Source of the DNA: Antedon mediterranea
Lineage: Eukaryota; Animalia; Echinodermata
Direction: 5' to 3'
Assembly (NCBI RefSeq): GCF_964355755.1
Contig: NC_092672.1
Coordinates: 34,912,437 to 34,976,436, forward strand
Length of the DNA: 64,000 nucleotides
Part shown: positions 50,601-62,400 of the stretch, piece by piece
Position numbering within the stretch: the stretch's first letter is position 1
How the letters are laid out: each line of letters begins with the position of its first letter
Position numbers and translations under genes: made by a program
Notes under the pieces: model-generated
Databases searched by the model: none
Seen by the model: only the letters and a program-made list of their open reading frames with translations
What the model was told of the DNA's origin: nothing

Positions 50601-50793
50601 CATTTATACTAATAACACAACTTAACTTAACTACAATTAACTAACCTTTTAAAGGTGATTTCAAAGCAGCCTCTATCAATCCTGCAAGCAGTTGTAAACT
50701 CTTGGGCTCCTGGGCTAATCCAGATGAAAATGCAGCCAACGCATCTGCATGGCGGCCTAGACACTGAAGAGCGACTCCTTGACGATAATAAGC
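33980..50793 (-). CDS. TTC28: Tetratricopeptide repeat protein 28 (TPR array, CHAT domain, Ser-rich tail); 14 exons, 7068 coding nt including stop, 5' exon(s) missing
   Basis: Recognisable TTC28 peptides AYYRQGVALQ..GRHADALAAF..GLAQ, MKLDKSPFV, GTCSLKLRGSVFSALSSA, HLATHVSWKLSALVL, HPSNWAGF. All introns are GT-AG and the phases join into one frame. Confidence 0.95.
36297..36470. mobile_element. MITE family X copy 1 (PIF/Harbinger-like)
   Basis: TIR AGCTCTGTCTACACTATCAA / TTGATAGTGTAGACAGAGCT, TSD TTA, internal 21-bp repeats. Confidence 0.88.
36606..36677 (+). mobile_element. Degenerate tRNA-derived SINE head
   Basis: A-box-like TGGTCTAGAGG (36621) and B-box-like GGTTCGCACC (36665) at tRNA-like spacing; no intact cloverleaf. 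Confidence 0.45.
36790..36897 (-). CDS. TTC28: TTC28 exon
   Basis: GFDLIDVGKEEVLLITGKQVSRRMLNYILQSLLAIF; AG/GT; phase 1-1. Confidence 0.88.
37271..37391 (-). CDS. TTC28: TTC28 exon
   Basis: IRQVLENY...LWRTPGCHELLASL; AG/GT; phase 0-1. Confidence 0.9.
37672..37809. mobile_element. MITE family X copy 2
   Basis: TIR AGCTCTGTCTGCACTA / TAGTGTAGACAGAGCT. Confidence 0.85.
38682..38758 (-). CDS. TTC28: TTC28 exon
   Basis: GLSSTSTMALSKLLVHPDAADEIIQM; AG/GT; phase 1-0. Confidence 0.88.
38910..39183. mobile_element. MITE family X copy 3 with ~8 internal 21-bp repeats
   Basis: TIRs as above, TSD TAA, tandem CCCAAATATGGTAGTGATATG. Confidence 0.88.
39325..39556 (-). CDS. TTC28: TTC28 exon
   Basis: IEKSLQRI...GWQELLKSVGFRF...SLQALL; phase 0-1. 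Confidence 0.92.
39682..40213 (-). CDS. TTC28: TTC28 exon (CHAT C-terminal half)
   Basis: LSAADILDLQLSAKLVVLSAY...LARAFLAAGAQCVLVPLWSV...HPSNWAGF; phase 2-0. Confidence 0.92.
40579..40763 (-). CDS. TTC28: TTC28 exon (CHAT His motif)
   Basis: EALVVCEQV...IHLATHVSWKLSALVLSP; phase 0-2. Confidence 0.9.
41083..41315 (-). CDS. TTC28: TTC28 exon (CHAT N-terminal part)
   Basis: GDLHLVPFAVLK...LVVANPMLP...LPNAEQ; phase 1-0. Confidence 0.9.
41536..42060 (-). CDS. TTC28: TTC28 exon
   Basis: GIVKFH...PPLRVLYDILIGPM...LVLVLE; phase 1-1. Confidence 0.9.
42401..45205 (-). CDS. TTC28: TTC28 2.8-kb exon encoding most TPR repeats
   Basis: GHVYTSIGDYPNAL... about 20 GRAYGNLG-type repeats ...LYSWLITPNK; phase 1-1. 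Confidence 0.95.
45503..45661 (-). CDS. TTC28: TTC28 exon
   Basis: GDQEGECRAHGNLGSAYF...QLVLAMKLKDR; phase 1-1. Confidence 0.92.
45755..45950 (+). repeat. ~200-bp dispersed direct repeat (second copy ~47105-47325)
   Basis: Shared GCCAGCCAATGGGTTTT..GTTGAAT..ACCATTT..GGAAGTGA.TAACTTTATTAAAACTA. Confidence 0.7.
46323..46402. repeat. 12-bp tandem repeat (TATTGATTGAAA) x~6.7
   Basis: Read directly from the sequence. Confidence 0.9.
47660..47992. repeat. Local tandem duplication, ~190-bp unit x2
   Basis: CACTGT(GT)CTATGGACAGATAT..AATTATCAA..TAATAAATCC.ATACCAGCTAAT at ~47698-47805 and ~47880-47992. Confidence 0.75.
48186..48350. mobile_element. MITE family X copy 4 (opposite orientation)
   Basis: TIR AGCTCTGTCTACACTA / TAGTGTAGATGGAGCT; internal core is reverse-complemented relative to the other copies. 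Confidence 0.85.
49632..49757 (-). CDS. TTC28: TTC28 exon
   Basis: GTCSLKLRGSVFSALSSAHWGLG...DLSIAKSL; phase 1-1. Confidence 0.92.
50277..50423 (-). CDS. TTC28: TTC28 exon
   Basis: ETFEPTFEQLKSMKLDKSPFVIISVIGQ...LESALKI; phase 1-1. Confidence 0.92.
50646..50793 (-). CDS. TTC28: TTC28 most 5' exon identified
   Basis: AYYRQGVALQCLGRHADALAAF...ALKSPLK; phase-0 acceptor TTTTGCAG. Confidence 0.92.
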
Positions 50794-51963
50794 CTGCAAA
50801 ACAAGACAATTTGAATTAAATTTTACTAAAATCAAAAATTTAAACAAAAATAGTACTAAACGTAACTAAATGTTTTTGCGAATCCTGAATGTCAGATTTT
50901 ATTAGAAATTTGTAACAATTTTCAATCTAATCCTCTTTCCACAGCTTGCACTAACACTGTTAAAAAATAATGTTACATATAAAAAACTGTTGTCTTTCAT
51001 TCTACTTTTTCATTAAATGATGTTACGTATATAAATCTTTACTTTACATAGTTGTGTTGTATTTTGGATGACCTATCCTATCATAAATCAAACAAATTCT
51101 ATCCAAATAAATGTAACTGCTCAATATTAAAAACGTTATAATTAAGATCGGATCTGATTTTCACCTGCCCAACTTACATAAATTGATTCTTAATTCTTAA
51201 CAACGTAAATCATACATGATGACATTAATGATTCAACAAAGGGTTTTGTTAAAAAAATTGATTTCCAATTGATACATCATTATAAAATAATTATTGTAGG
51301 GCTTGTTTAAAAAGACTTTTTTTCCAATCGAGAAATAGATTAAAAATATTCAAATTGTTGAACATAGTTATTGATTCATCGTTATTGTTTCATTAGGCAC
51401 TGCTCATGTTCACCAAAAAAAACAAAAAAAATGGCCCCCAAAAAACCCCATGGGACAATATTTTGTCTTGGGAACATCAAAAAATGTTAATTACATATAT
51501 TCAGGATTACAAAAATGTACATTAAAAAAATACATCATGGGGGTGCACGGTAACCCCTCCTTCCTACTAGACTAATACAAGAGTTATGTTTGACATGATA
51601 ACGTGACACACAATTTTTTTTTAAAGTTGACATTTTGAAAAATCGTTTTAAAAGGGGGGAAAAATTCTTTCGCAACAAATCATGTGACATAATATATGTG
51701 ATTTACAGATTAGACCTACATACATTTCAAAGCCATAAGCATCTCAATAATATCTTGACTAATTTGTTCATATGTTACTTGTACTTGTCAAAATTTGGCC
51801 CACATAGTTCAAACTAGGTTGATAAATGGGATACTAAATTTAAATAGACACAATCAAATTTAAACTAGGTTAGAATTTATAAGTGAAACAAAAAAATCAA
51901 TAGATAAATCAATTTGGTTCAATGAAATTATCAATAAACAAATTGATAAATAGATCAATCAAT

Positions 51964-52503
51964 CAATTACAATGAAATGATCAATAAACAAATTGATTAA
52001 TATATCAACCAATTACAATGAAATGATCAATAAACAAAATGATTACCGTAATATATCAACCAATTACAATAAAATGATCAATAAACAAATTGATTAATAT
52101 ATCAACCAATTACAATGAAATGATCAATAAACAAATTGATTAATATATCAACCAATTACAATGAAATGATCAATAAACAAATTGATTAATATATCAACCA
52201 ATTACAATGAAATGATCAATAAACAAATTGATTAATATATCAACCAATTACAATGAAATGATCAATAAACAAATTGATTAATATATCAACCAATTACAAT
52301 AAAATGATCAATAAACAAATTGATTAATATATCAACCAATTACAATGAAATGATCAATAAACAAATTGATTAATATATCAACCAATTACAATGAAATGAT
52401 CAATAAACAAATTGATTAATATATCAACCAATTACAATGAAATGATCAATAAACAAATTGATTAATATATCAACCAATTACAATGAAATGATCAATAAAC
52501 AAT
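51964..52503. repeat. 46-bp minisatellite, ~12 highly homogeneous copies
   Basis: Unit CAATTACAATGAAATGATCAATAAACAAATTGATTAATATATCAAC; no unique spacers. Confidence 0.93.
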
Positions 52504-52604
52504 TGGATTATAGATCAATCAACCAAAGTATTAAATGGAGAGAGGCACTATATACCAATAGATACAAGTTTTGGTCCTCTCTCCATCTTTTTTTTTTGTA
52601 ATGT

Positions 52605-53876
52605 CTACGCTCGCGCTAAGGTCAAATTTTCGTTCGCTAAAATGGCGAAAGGTTTTGAAAAACATTAGCCAAATTGAAAATCCTATAGCCAAATTTAAAA
52701 AACCTTAAAAATTCGAAAAAATTTTTGAGTCTTTCTCATTATCAAAATCTGGCTAATTTAGTATTGAATTGAAGCTAATTTATATTTCTGTTTGATAAAA
52801 CACATCGTTTTATTTGACTTTGCGTGGACCTCGTGCGAAGAGGCCAACAAGACCAACCCCTGAAAAAAATAATCCCTACCATAAATATCAGTGTTTACCA
52901 TTTTCCTTACGGGGGATTCAGTTCTCCGCTTATTACTAAATTACCGTCGCCCAGGCAATGTGCATGGTATGCATGTATTAGCGCGTTAATTAATGATTGG
53001 ATAACCCCCGCAGTGGACTGTTCCATTTTCTGAACTAGTCTTCGCCGCACACGAGGCATGTCGAAAAATGTCGCCTCTCATCATGGAATATTTGCTTCGA
53101 AACGTCAATTTTACCGATTTATTAAATTATTTAATAAGTGGAATATTTATCAATCTATTATATAAAACAAGAAATGTACCGCAGAAATTTAAGAAGCTTT
53201 GAATTTGCTATGCAGCGGCCGTAACCCATTCTATGTAGGCGGCCGAAACGCGCTTTGGCCAGGGTTGCCGTTGCAGTATACGCTGTTTCTTAGCTATTCA
53301 ATTTAAAGCGCAACTTTCGGTTAGAATAATTAATCGAAAGGGAAATAAAATCAAACATGTTAACATTATACTATTGAGGTAATTAATTTGTTAAATTTAA
53401 AATTCCCCTTTTTAAATAACAGAACAGCCTCGTTTACGGAAGTATTCGTCCACATGTTTCTGTTTACATTTTCTTCTCGAAGTTCATTTTCTACGTCAAA
53501 GAATAGGGACTTCCCCTTTTATTCGCTCATCATCACGTCGACGACGGCTGGTCACGAACCAATCACATTAACGTGTGTCATTAAAACGTCATCGAGGCAC
53601 GCTCTGCGCATGTTTAAACAGAACTAAAAAAAATGAACACGGCGATCGTGACGTCGTCACATAAAATGCTGTGGTGGTAAAAAGTGTACTCGAGTCTAGT
53701 CAGAAAGTACCGAAGTGTGGCGAATTCTCGCTCCCATAAGAAGTCACGCCGACCAGGCTAGGCCTAGGCTTGGAAATGTATTTTCGCCAATTTGGCGAAC
53801 GAGGCAATAATTATTTTCGCCAAATGGAGACTCCAGTCGCCATTGGCGAATTGGCGAGCGGTTAGCGCGAGCGTAG
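52605..53876. mobile_element. 1.27-kb non-autonomous TIR DNA transposon
   Basis: TIR CTACGCTCGCGCTAA / TTAGCGCGAGCGTAG; flanking direct repeat AATGT (52600-52604, 53877-53881); subterminal TCGCCA/TGGCGA repeats; CpG-rich; no transposase ORF. Confidence 0.8.
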
Positions 53877-54505
53877 AATGTATTATACCATATGGACAAT
53901 TGTCTGAAATAAAAGTTGAATTGAATTGAATTGAAATTCATAATCATATTAATAATTTTCTCAACATCCATTCCATACTCTTTTCAGTGCAACATACCAT
54001 TGCTGCATGTCTTATAAATACGTGACAATACAGTTCATATTTCATCAAAATATGATTAGAATTTTGAACTTGAATTGAACGTCTTTGTTCAAGATGTATT
54101 AAATGCGTCATAAGCCTTGATTATTATTGCATTTTATCTACAAACCTTTTAAATATTCTTCTAAATTCTCATACACTTCCTTGCTTAAGATGTTTAATTG
54201 CTATAACATTGCTTTTCTCAGGATATTGATATCCTAACTATTTTAATACATCCGCTCATAAATTATCACTACACCCCCAAAATTATTGTAATGTTAATGA
54301 TGTGTTTATGTTTCAAAATACTTTGTCCATATCCGCTTTGACAATCCAAATTTGCACCCCCTACTACATTTGTCGCTTTCACAATGTTAATGATGATGTA
54401 TTCATGTTACGTAGTACAGTACTTGTTTAATACATCCGCTCATACAATCCTATCGGCTCACCCCCACATCACTATGCTTGTTGGTACGTCAATTTTAAAA
54501 TCTAA

Positions 54506-54657
54506 AGCCCTATCTACACTATCAAACTAGTGTGATATGCCCAAATATGGTAGTAATATTCCCAAATATGGTAGTGATATGACATCATCATGTCCATATA
54601 TGGGCACATTACATTTTTTTGTCACATAAAGTTTGATACTGTAGATACGGTAGATCT
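54506..54657. mobile_element. MITE family X copy 5 (degenerate)
   Basis: AGCCCTATCTACACTATCAAAC, internal CCAAATATGGTAGTGATATGACATCATCATGTCC, decayed right TIR. Confidence 0.8.
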
Positions 54658-57600
54658 TTAATGATGTATTAAATTTCATTAATATTTTCAATTAAATTAA
54701 TTTCAACAATTCACATCCCAGCAATACTTTTTCAATAACTTTTTTATGCAATGTAGCCTTTACGGTTTTATGTTTTTTCATTACAGTACTTACAATTTAA
54801 TTTTCCAATATCATTTTAAATTTTTTTAAATGATTTAGGCTTGTAATATGATGCTTACTTGATATTAATCATGTTCGACCTCAGTATCAACTTTTTTATT
54901 AATAAATTATGCTCCTATATGTAAAACTTTGGTTTCATTCCTTTCGTCATGTTTTAATAACCTATTGAATGATGTGAACCTCTTGTTACCGACCTTTGAC
55001 AAACCTAAAAGCATACATAAATATATTCTTTCCCAATTTTTTTTTTCACCCCTTGTTTATTGATAACATTTGAGTGATGTGATACCCTGGTTCCGAAAGT
55101 AACATTAGTTGAACAGGGGCAGGATATTACAACACATAAATACATTTTGAACCCTTAAACTTTTGACAAAAATAACTTGAAAAATTATGAAAGATTACAC
55201 TCTCTTTAAAATGAAACATAAATAATTACCTACACAATTTAAACAATAAACTATTGTATCACTCTACAGTACAAATGCTTTTTTTTTAATTAAAAAAAAC
55301 AGTTTAATAATTCAAAAATGTTGTGCAGCGCAGATTAACTCATATAATTGACATACAAGTATAAATATATGCAAGGTATCATTTTATTTTCATACCATTG
55401 ATTTTTGTTCAGTTCATGAGTACATATAAACATATTTTGTATTAGCTGAGTTTATTATCTGAGCATTCCAATGAAGAAGAAAAGAAAAAGAAACTGCTAT
55501 TTGAGAGCCTAACTACTGTCATTTTCAGCTAGCAATGACAAATTTAATTCAAACTAAATAGATAGTTGTAATTTTATGGTACTATCATAGATGATGACAT
55601 TCTAAAACAAACAAATATGTACTTTACTTTATACTTACCTTCTTTTTAGGAGTCCATTTCATCATTCTTAATAATTTCCAAAATATATCACCAATCACTT
55701 ATCAACAACTCATCATAAATTACGAGGTGTATTTATATAACAAGTATAAAATCACTAAACTGTACTTTTACAAAGATCTTGAAGAAAAAAAGTCCTCAGC
55801 TGAGACTGAGAGAGCAGCTAAACTCTGCTTGGCTTTTCACTGATCCATGTGTATTAGGTCACAATATAGGCTTCTACCAAATGCAACACATGTTGTCATT
55901 AAGTCAGACTTCTGTCCACTGGGAGCATTACCATAAATATAATCATTCTACTACTGAAATCAGGGATACAATCCTTGTAACTGAAACAGTTTTCAATGAA
56001 TTTTAAGAATTTAAGCAAAATTTGAATTACAAATTTACTAAAAATCATACAAACTGGATCGTTCACATAAGACTTTTTCAATAATCGGTACACCTCAAAC
56101 TACACCGAATATGTACAAAATCCAACACAATTATTTGATCCAATGATGAATTGTTCTCTCACTGTTAATAGAAGGCAGTCTAATGTCGGTTTATCCAGGT
56201 ACGCTAGGCACGAAATAGGCGAATAAATTTATACTAAACACAGCATAACACTTGATGATGATATGAATGTTTTTCTACTCTGCAAATGAAAACTTTTCAT
56301 TGATTCATTCAGTAACAATTTCTCTAACTAAAATATGAAGTTTCAACCCCAATGAAAAGCTGACAAGAAGTGAAAGTAAAAGGTTGACATCTTTGAAACA
56401 CATACATCTACATGTTTTATATATACACACTAGCTTTTGACAGTATATATAACAAACAAAAAACTGCTATAAATTCAGCTTGAAGCAAGTTTGGTATGCC
56501 GGCTGTACCCTCATCAAGTAAAGGAAATCAGTGTATAGCTGTTCATTGAAAAACCATCGCTCTGGGAAGCTCAATGTGCGCTATTTTCCTATGTTACGTA
56601 AACAAAATTTACTTTAAAACGCAGGTGATATCTTAAATGAAGTAAATTGCAACAAAAGTCAGTTTGCAATGATGAATTACTAAACACAATTTACCAGATA
56701 TCTTGCATTGGTAAATGGAGAGTATATTTTTAGCTCCTCGATGATTTTCATGTTTCTCTTTTCAAATGCTTATAATAACATTGGATTTATTTTATAAACT
56801 GCAGTTTAAAAATGTTTGTTGATGAACCATTCAGTTGTATACCAGAATAATGATCAATGCCCAATTACTTCTTTTCAAATCGGCTATTCAATAATTCTTC
56901 GTCATAAACACAAAATTAAATACACTTGACAGTACTAGTTTTACAGACAAAACTATAAAAATGTAAATCTGTACAGTAGTAGTCCTATATCCAAATGTGT
57001 AACAACCATCTCGACACAAAATGGCAGGTTGTTTCATTAGTGGAACCAAAAGAACTATGAATGTTCCACAGACAATCTAGATAAACTTAGTAACTTGACA
57101 CTATTGACATTTTAATATTGATTTACTCTCAAATCAATAAATTATTCCCACATTCTATGTGTTATTATCCAATTAAAACCAATCATTTTAATAGTTGTTC
57201 TAAAAATAATTGACAATTTCAAACACAAATTGATGCACTGGTTAACAAACTTAATTACCAGAACTTTTAGAACAAAGGTGATACAATTCAACGAAACTTG
57301 AGAATTGTTTTCCTCAATTAATGTCATTGACAAGTCTTGTGCCAATTGAAGAATTCCTCGAAGAAAACCACAGATTACTTTTTGTAACTTCAGCAGAGGA
57401 ATGAAAAGCAGAAATAAACTGTGATGGTACACCCACTTGTCAAGAATGAACAACAAGACTATACTGTGATCCTACACCTACTCGTTAGATAAAACTTCAA
57501 ATGAAAGTGCAAGACAATGTAAATCATAAAAATGTCCAATTTATGTTAACAAAGAGAGATTGCGTCAGAAAGTCCAGGATCTCGTTGGTGCATCTCTGTA

Positions 57601-58421
57601 TTGCTTTCTCTGGTTTTCTTCAACAACTCAAGTAATTCAGTATCCCTACCTCCTCCAATCAACTGGCAAAAGTACTTTCTATAATCCTTATCTACTGTAT
57701 ACACTATCTTTTTGTAAAACTCTTCATTAATGTTCTGATCAAAACATCGTGCCTTGTCCATTAGTACTGTTTACCAAAAGCAAACACTTTTTTCAAGCAC
57801 TTAAGACGACTGATTTATCAATGAAGCTGCAACCCACAACCCAATTTAAATATTATATGTGTTTTCCCGAATACAATAATAATTGTGTTCGTTGCGTACA
57901 AAGCAGTTCTTGTATTAGTTAATTATAATCTTGTAATAGTGTTAAATTGTTGATTTCTTCAAAAGTGAATGATTCTATGCTTAAGTAAGCACTTTGTTAT
58001 GTGTGAATCTAAGCTTAGTTTCAAGATGCTTCATTAAGTAAGACATACCAATGCTAGTAACAACAAAATGAAAACTTCAATATTATTGATACAGTTCAGC
58101 AATTTATTGAATTGAAAACACTGTATCTTAGTTTGAGGATGCTTCATTAAGTATTAAGTAAGAAATGTAACATTTGATGTATTAATAAACTATAGTATAG
58201 AAATATCATTCAGTAAACATTTATTCGGAAAGTAGAGAGCTTTCAATATGTGTAATTTTAGCAACGCATTTACTCGATTCCTCACAACACAGTTTTAAAT
58301 TCTAGGATTCTAGGTCAAAATCGAATTGGTGTAAATGCAAATCTACCTAACGCATTTTAGTCGTCCGTATTTGCCTTCTTTACAAGATACAAGAATACAC
58401 AAACCAACAGTGGTGTTGGTA

Positions 58422-59466
58422 GTCTATTTCGTGCCTGCTTACCTGGATAAACCGACAATATAGCCTCTCTCTCCGAAGAGAGGATACAATTTACGAAAAA
58501 GAAAAATCCGTATATATAACATAGCATCCCTATCGGATAATGCACGCATCCGTAACCACGCCCTCAAGAGGGAGCCATCCAACGTAGTAGCGTCATCATT
58601 TCTTTTCGTACTGCCGTTGTGTTCGTACGTGATACAAAGAACGATAGAATTCCAGGAATTCAAAGAAATACAAGCCGAAGCTAAGTTCCTTTGTTCAGTC
58701 AATAGTGATTAGACAGGCTTAGTCATTCCTTGTTGTGTGTGGATACGTTGAAATCCGTTATTCTAGGCTTATCTAGAGGATTCTAGTTACGTTTGAGAAA
58801 CGTTATTTTAGGCCTAGAATAGAAATAGTGATACGTTGCAAATCGTTATCCTAGCGTGCTAGGATAGAAACAAGTACACACGCCGTTAGTTACTCTGTTG
58901 TATCTTTACAAGATACAAGAAACTGTATTTGTCTTTGTAAAAAAACAAAGAAATGTCGGTTGTCAGCAAATCCGATTAAAAAGATACGTATATATACCAT
59001 AAACGGACTCAAAATAATTTATTTTTTTTTTTTATATTTTTTTTTCTGTGCTCTGTTCTGCTTCTAACTAGCTTAGGTATTTAGCACCTGTTTGGTATTT
59101 CCGTGCCTCCTTTTATAATTGTTTTGTCTTCTTTGTTATGTATATTGTAGAAATTGATAACATTTCATATTCCAGTGTGGAACATATTCAGTACAGCAAT
59201 GAAGGTCATTGAAAAAAAAATGATTCTATTTATTAGTAATTGCAAAATAATTATGTTCAAGTACAAATGAAAAAAAAGTATACGAAACGATCAAGTTCAT
59301 TAATGGTGGTTTGTGGGGATGCTCCCACTTGATGGCATAGTTTGTGGACTGTACCATTTATGGTGAGGGGCGTTCAATGAATTTTCTACTTTTCAAGTAT
59401 ACATCACTCTTTGAAGAGAATATGGCATTTGTCGTTTTATCCAGGTAAGCTAGGCACAAAATAGAC
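58422..59466. mobile_element. Possible ~1.05-kb TIR element (solo TIR-like copy at 56184-56220)
   Basis: GTCTATTTCGTGCCTGCTTACCTGGATAAACCGACA and its reverse complement TGTCGTTTTATCCAGGTAAGCTAGGCACAAAATAGAC, each flanked by TA. Confidence 0.55.
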
Positions 59467-62400
59467 TATCAAGTTAATTGAAAAGTTCTTCTTCAAAAGA
59501 AATAATTCAATCTACAAGCAACTGAACTGAAGTAAATGCAGTTAAACAACTCACTGAACATACAAACACAACAGTGTAACACTGCACACTTATATTCAGA
59601 TGCTTTAACCAAGCAAACTTATAAAAACAATTAGAAATTTCACACCAAACTAACAATTATTAACTTGTGGTAGATCATTCATCTATAAAACCTAAGAAAT
59701 CTATGTAGGGAATTCTGGTACTATTATCCAGAACTCTTTATTCGCAATAAATATAGATGTGTAAAAATTATTAAGGCTATAGAAAATACAGAAATTTTAA
59801 AATTGCTAAAAAGACAATAAAATGTTGACATTTTACCTAAAACCACTTGTTTGGATAAACTAACAATAGCCTATTCTCTAGGTGGAAGAGCAAGATATAA
59901 TTTGAAAATGCTCCAGAAACGTCGAACATTCTCAACCATAATCTATTTTCTATTTGAAAATTATGAATCCAAATGGTAAATGGTACATTATGCTATCATT
60001 TCTTAAAGTGGGAGCATTAACACAAACCATTAAATACATTATTTTTGTAATTTTCTTATCTTAAAACTATATCTTCATCATAAGAAACTATACTACAATA
60101 TGAAAATAAAATGTTTTTCAACTTGACAGTACTGTATGTCTAGACAAATAAGGATACATTTTGACTAAATACTAACTGTAAATTCTGAAATAAAATTAAT
60201 CATATAAGGAACTATTTATGGCTTTGTTGTGCAAGAAACTAACAATGAAATTGAATCCTGCAATAAAAATCTTGACAATGTTGTTATTTACATAGGTTTT
60301 GGACAAAAGTCAGCATTGGCCATTCCATTCATTCATTCATAGGTTAGTTCTGCATGGTTAAATCCAATAATAGTATACCTCCAAGACGGTGCAAAAATGC
60401 AATATTGTGTCTTTTTGATGGGATAATTTAGATACACAAAACACAAATGCGTTCAGCTGTTATAAGCAATACAACTTAAAAGTTGACACCCAGTCTACTA
60501 GACTAGCTTTAACCAAATAGGCATAACAGTGTCACATGTTCTAGGCGGTAAGCACTTTTTTAAATGTCAAGTATTTATGGAGTTGTATTGGGTGTCGGGT
60601 GGGGTCATCTAGCAGTAATTTCAACAAGTTTTTATAGGGCCATAAAGTTACATGCTATTTTCTACTTTTTTTTAAATTCTGTTTCAAGATATAACTAACC
60701 TGCACCTAAATGCTTTGTATGGCCTACTTCTAACCATTCACCCATAAGCACCCACCCACCCTAACCCTTAATTTAATTACATTATATTATTAGAAGTTGA
60801 CTATTAAAACATGTTGGAAATAACTATATTGCAATCAATTAATCGTATTGACTTTTTTTTTTATATTGCATTTCTTCACCTGCAAGTCAAAAAGAACGGA
60901 TCTTGCCCTAGGAGTGACTACAATTTAAACATGAATCAAATTGGTTTGCCAGAAAATTCAATGGCTTATGACATAAATAAAATAACAGGTAGAATTCATT
61001 GAACTTGACATTTTCCTGGCAACCATGCATATAATGATGTTACAAAGAATGACTAGAACATAGCTTGTCATCACTAAGGCAGCCAGAATAAGGCATACCA
61101 TAGACTTTCTGTCTATAATATCAGTTCTGTGACCTTGGTATCAATTTAATTTCCCCTTCTGCATTTCATAAATCTGACAAGTTACTCTATGAGCATAATA
61201 AATAACGGTTAATATGATGATTGACATATAAGAAATAGAAAATAATGTATGAAAGAGTTTCAGCATCAAATATAAAGTGATTGCAAGTACTTCTATCTAT
61301 GTTGGTCATCACTTAATTTTTCGCGCCGCAGTTTTAGCCAGCTAAATCCCCAGAGGACATAATCAATAAGAAACTGTATTATCAACGTGAAAGCTATTTA
61401 TCTAAGGCTGACAGTTTTAATATTTTGTAAACTCGACTAATTGATATGTCCAAGCTGCTGGACCCAAAAAACGTCTGGGAAAAGTGAGTCTATAAGGGCT
61501 CACGGTTTAACGTTTTTTTGTAAGAAATATTTCTTGTTTAATGGTAGTGTAAGATCATACCAAACCAACCAGAATAGAACACTGAGCTTACCTTTACAAG
61601 ATAGGAACTCATAACAGCCTTATGACTGGCTGCGACAATTACCAACAGTACTGTAGTGTGCACATATTCTTTGCGGTGCACGGTGACTGTTAAGAGGCGT
61701 GGAACTGATCATGTCATATAGCCACAGATAACCCCTTTGATTTCTAGAGCTGTTGTTAAGTTGCCTTGATTATAATAAGCATATTTAGGTTGATTAACTA
61801 TGATTTGTAGATATTTAAATATGGCTTTTAAAATTGTACTGCCAATTTTGTCTGTAGCCTAAAAAATGTCAGCAATTTTGTTATACTGTAATCAACCCAC
61901 ACCTCTGGTGGGTCAAGTTCTAGGGTAAACTTATATACCAGAGAGTAGATTAATTAATTTAGTTTGTACTTAATTAAAATCAAACAACAAAGATATTTTG
62001 ATAAATTACTATCAATAGCTGTCTCATTTGTGGCGTCTATCGACAACATCAACACACAATGTAAATTCCACGGCACTAATTAGCAAATTATAGCAAATTA
62101 GAACAAATTATTCAATAGACAATAAATTACAAGACTCTGGAATGCAGAATATCTACAACTAGATGCATTCATTCGACCACAATCAGATATAAATAAATGA
62201 TATTGATCATTTTTTAATTAATTAATTAAAATATTTAAAGCGTGTGCTTAATTTCAACAGTTCAAATTGTATACAATTCACAATAGAAGAAATATAAGAC
62301 CGGTACATTAATTGTACTTTTTTAAATTGTGAAGCTGTAGTTTCGTGGTTAACGTGTTTGCTTTCCAATTTCAAGTTCCAAGGAATAAATTGTTACTCTT

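Noticed and set aside
51964-52503. Regular 46-bp repeats as a CRISPR array
   Set aside because: Units are contiguous with no unique spacers, no cas genes are present, and the context is a eukaryotic intron.
57142-57761. Two short minus-strand ORFs as the missing TTC28 5' exon
   Set aside because: No TPR similarity and no convincing phase-0 donor.
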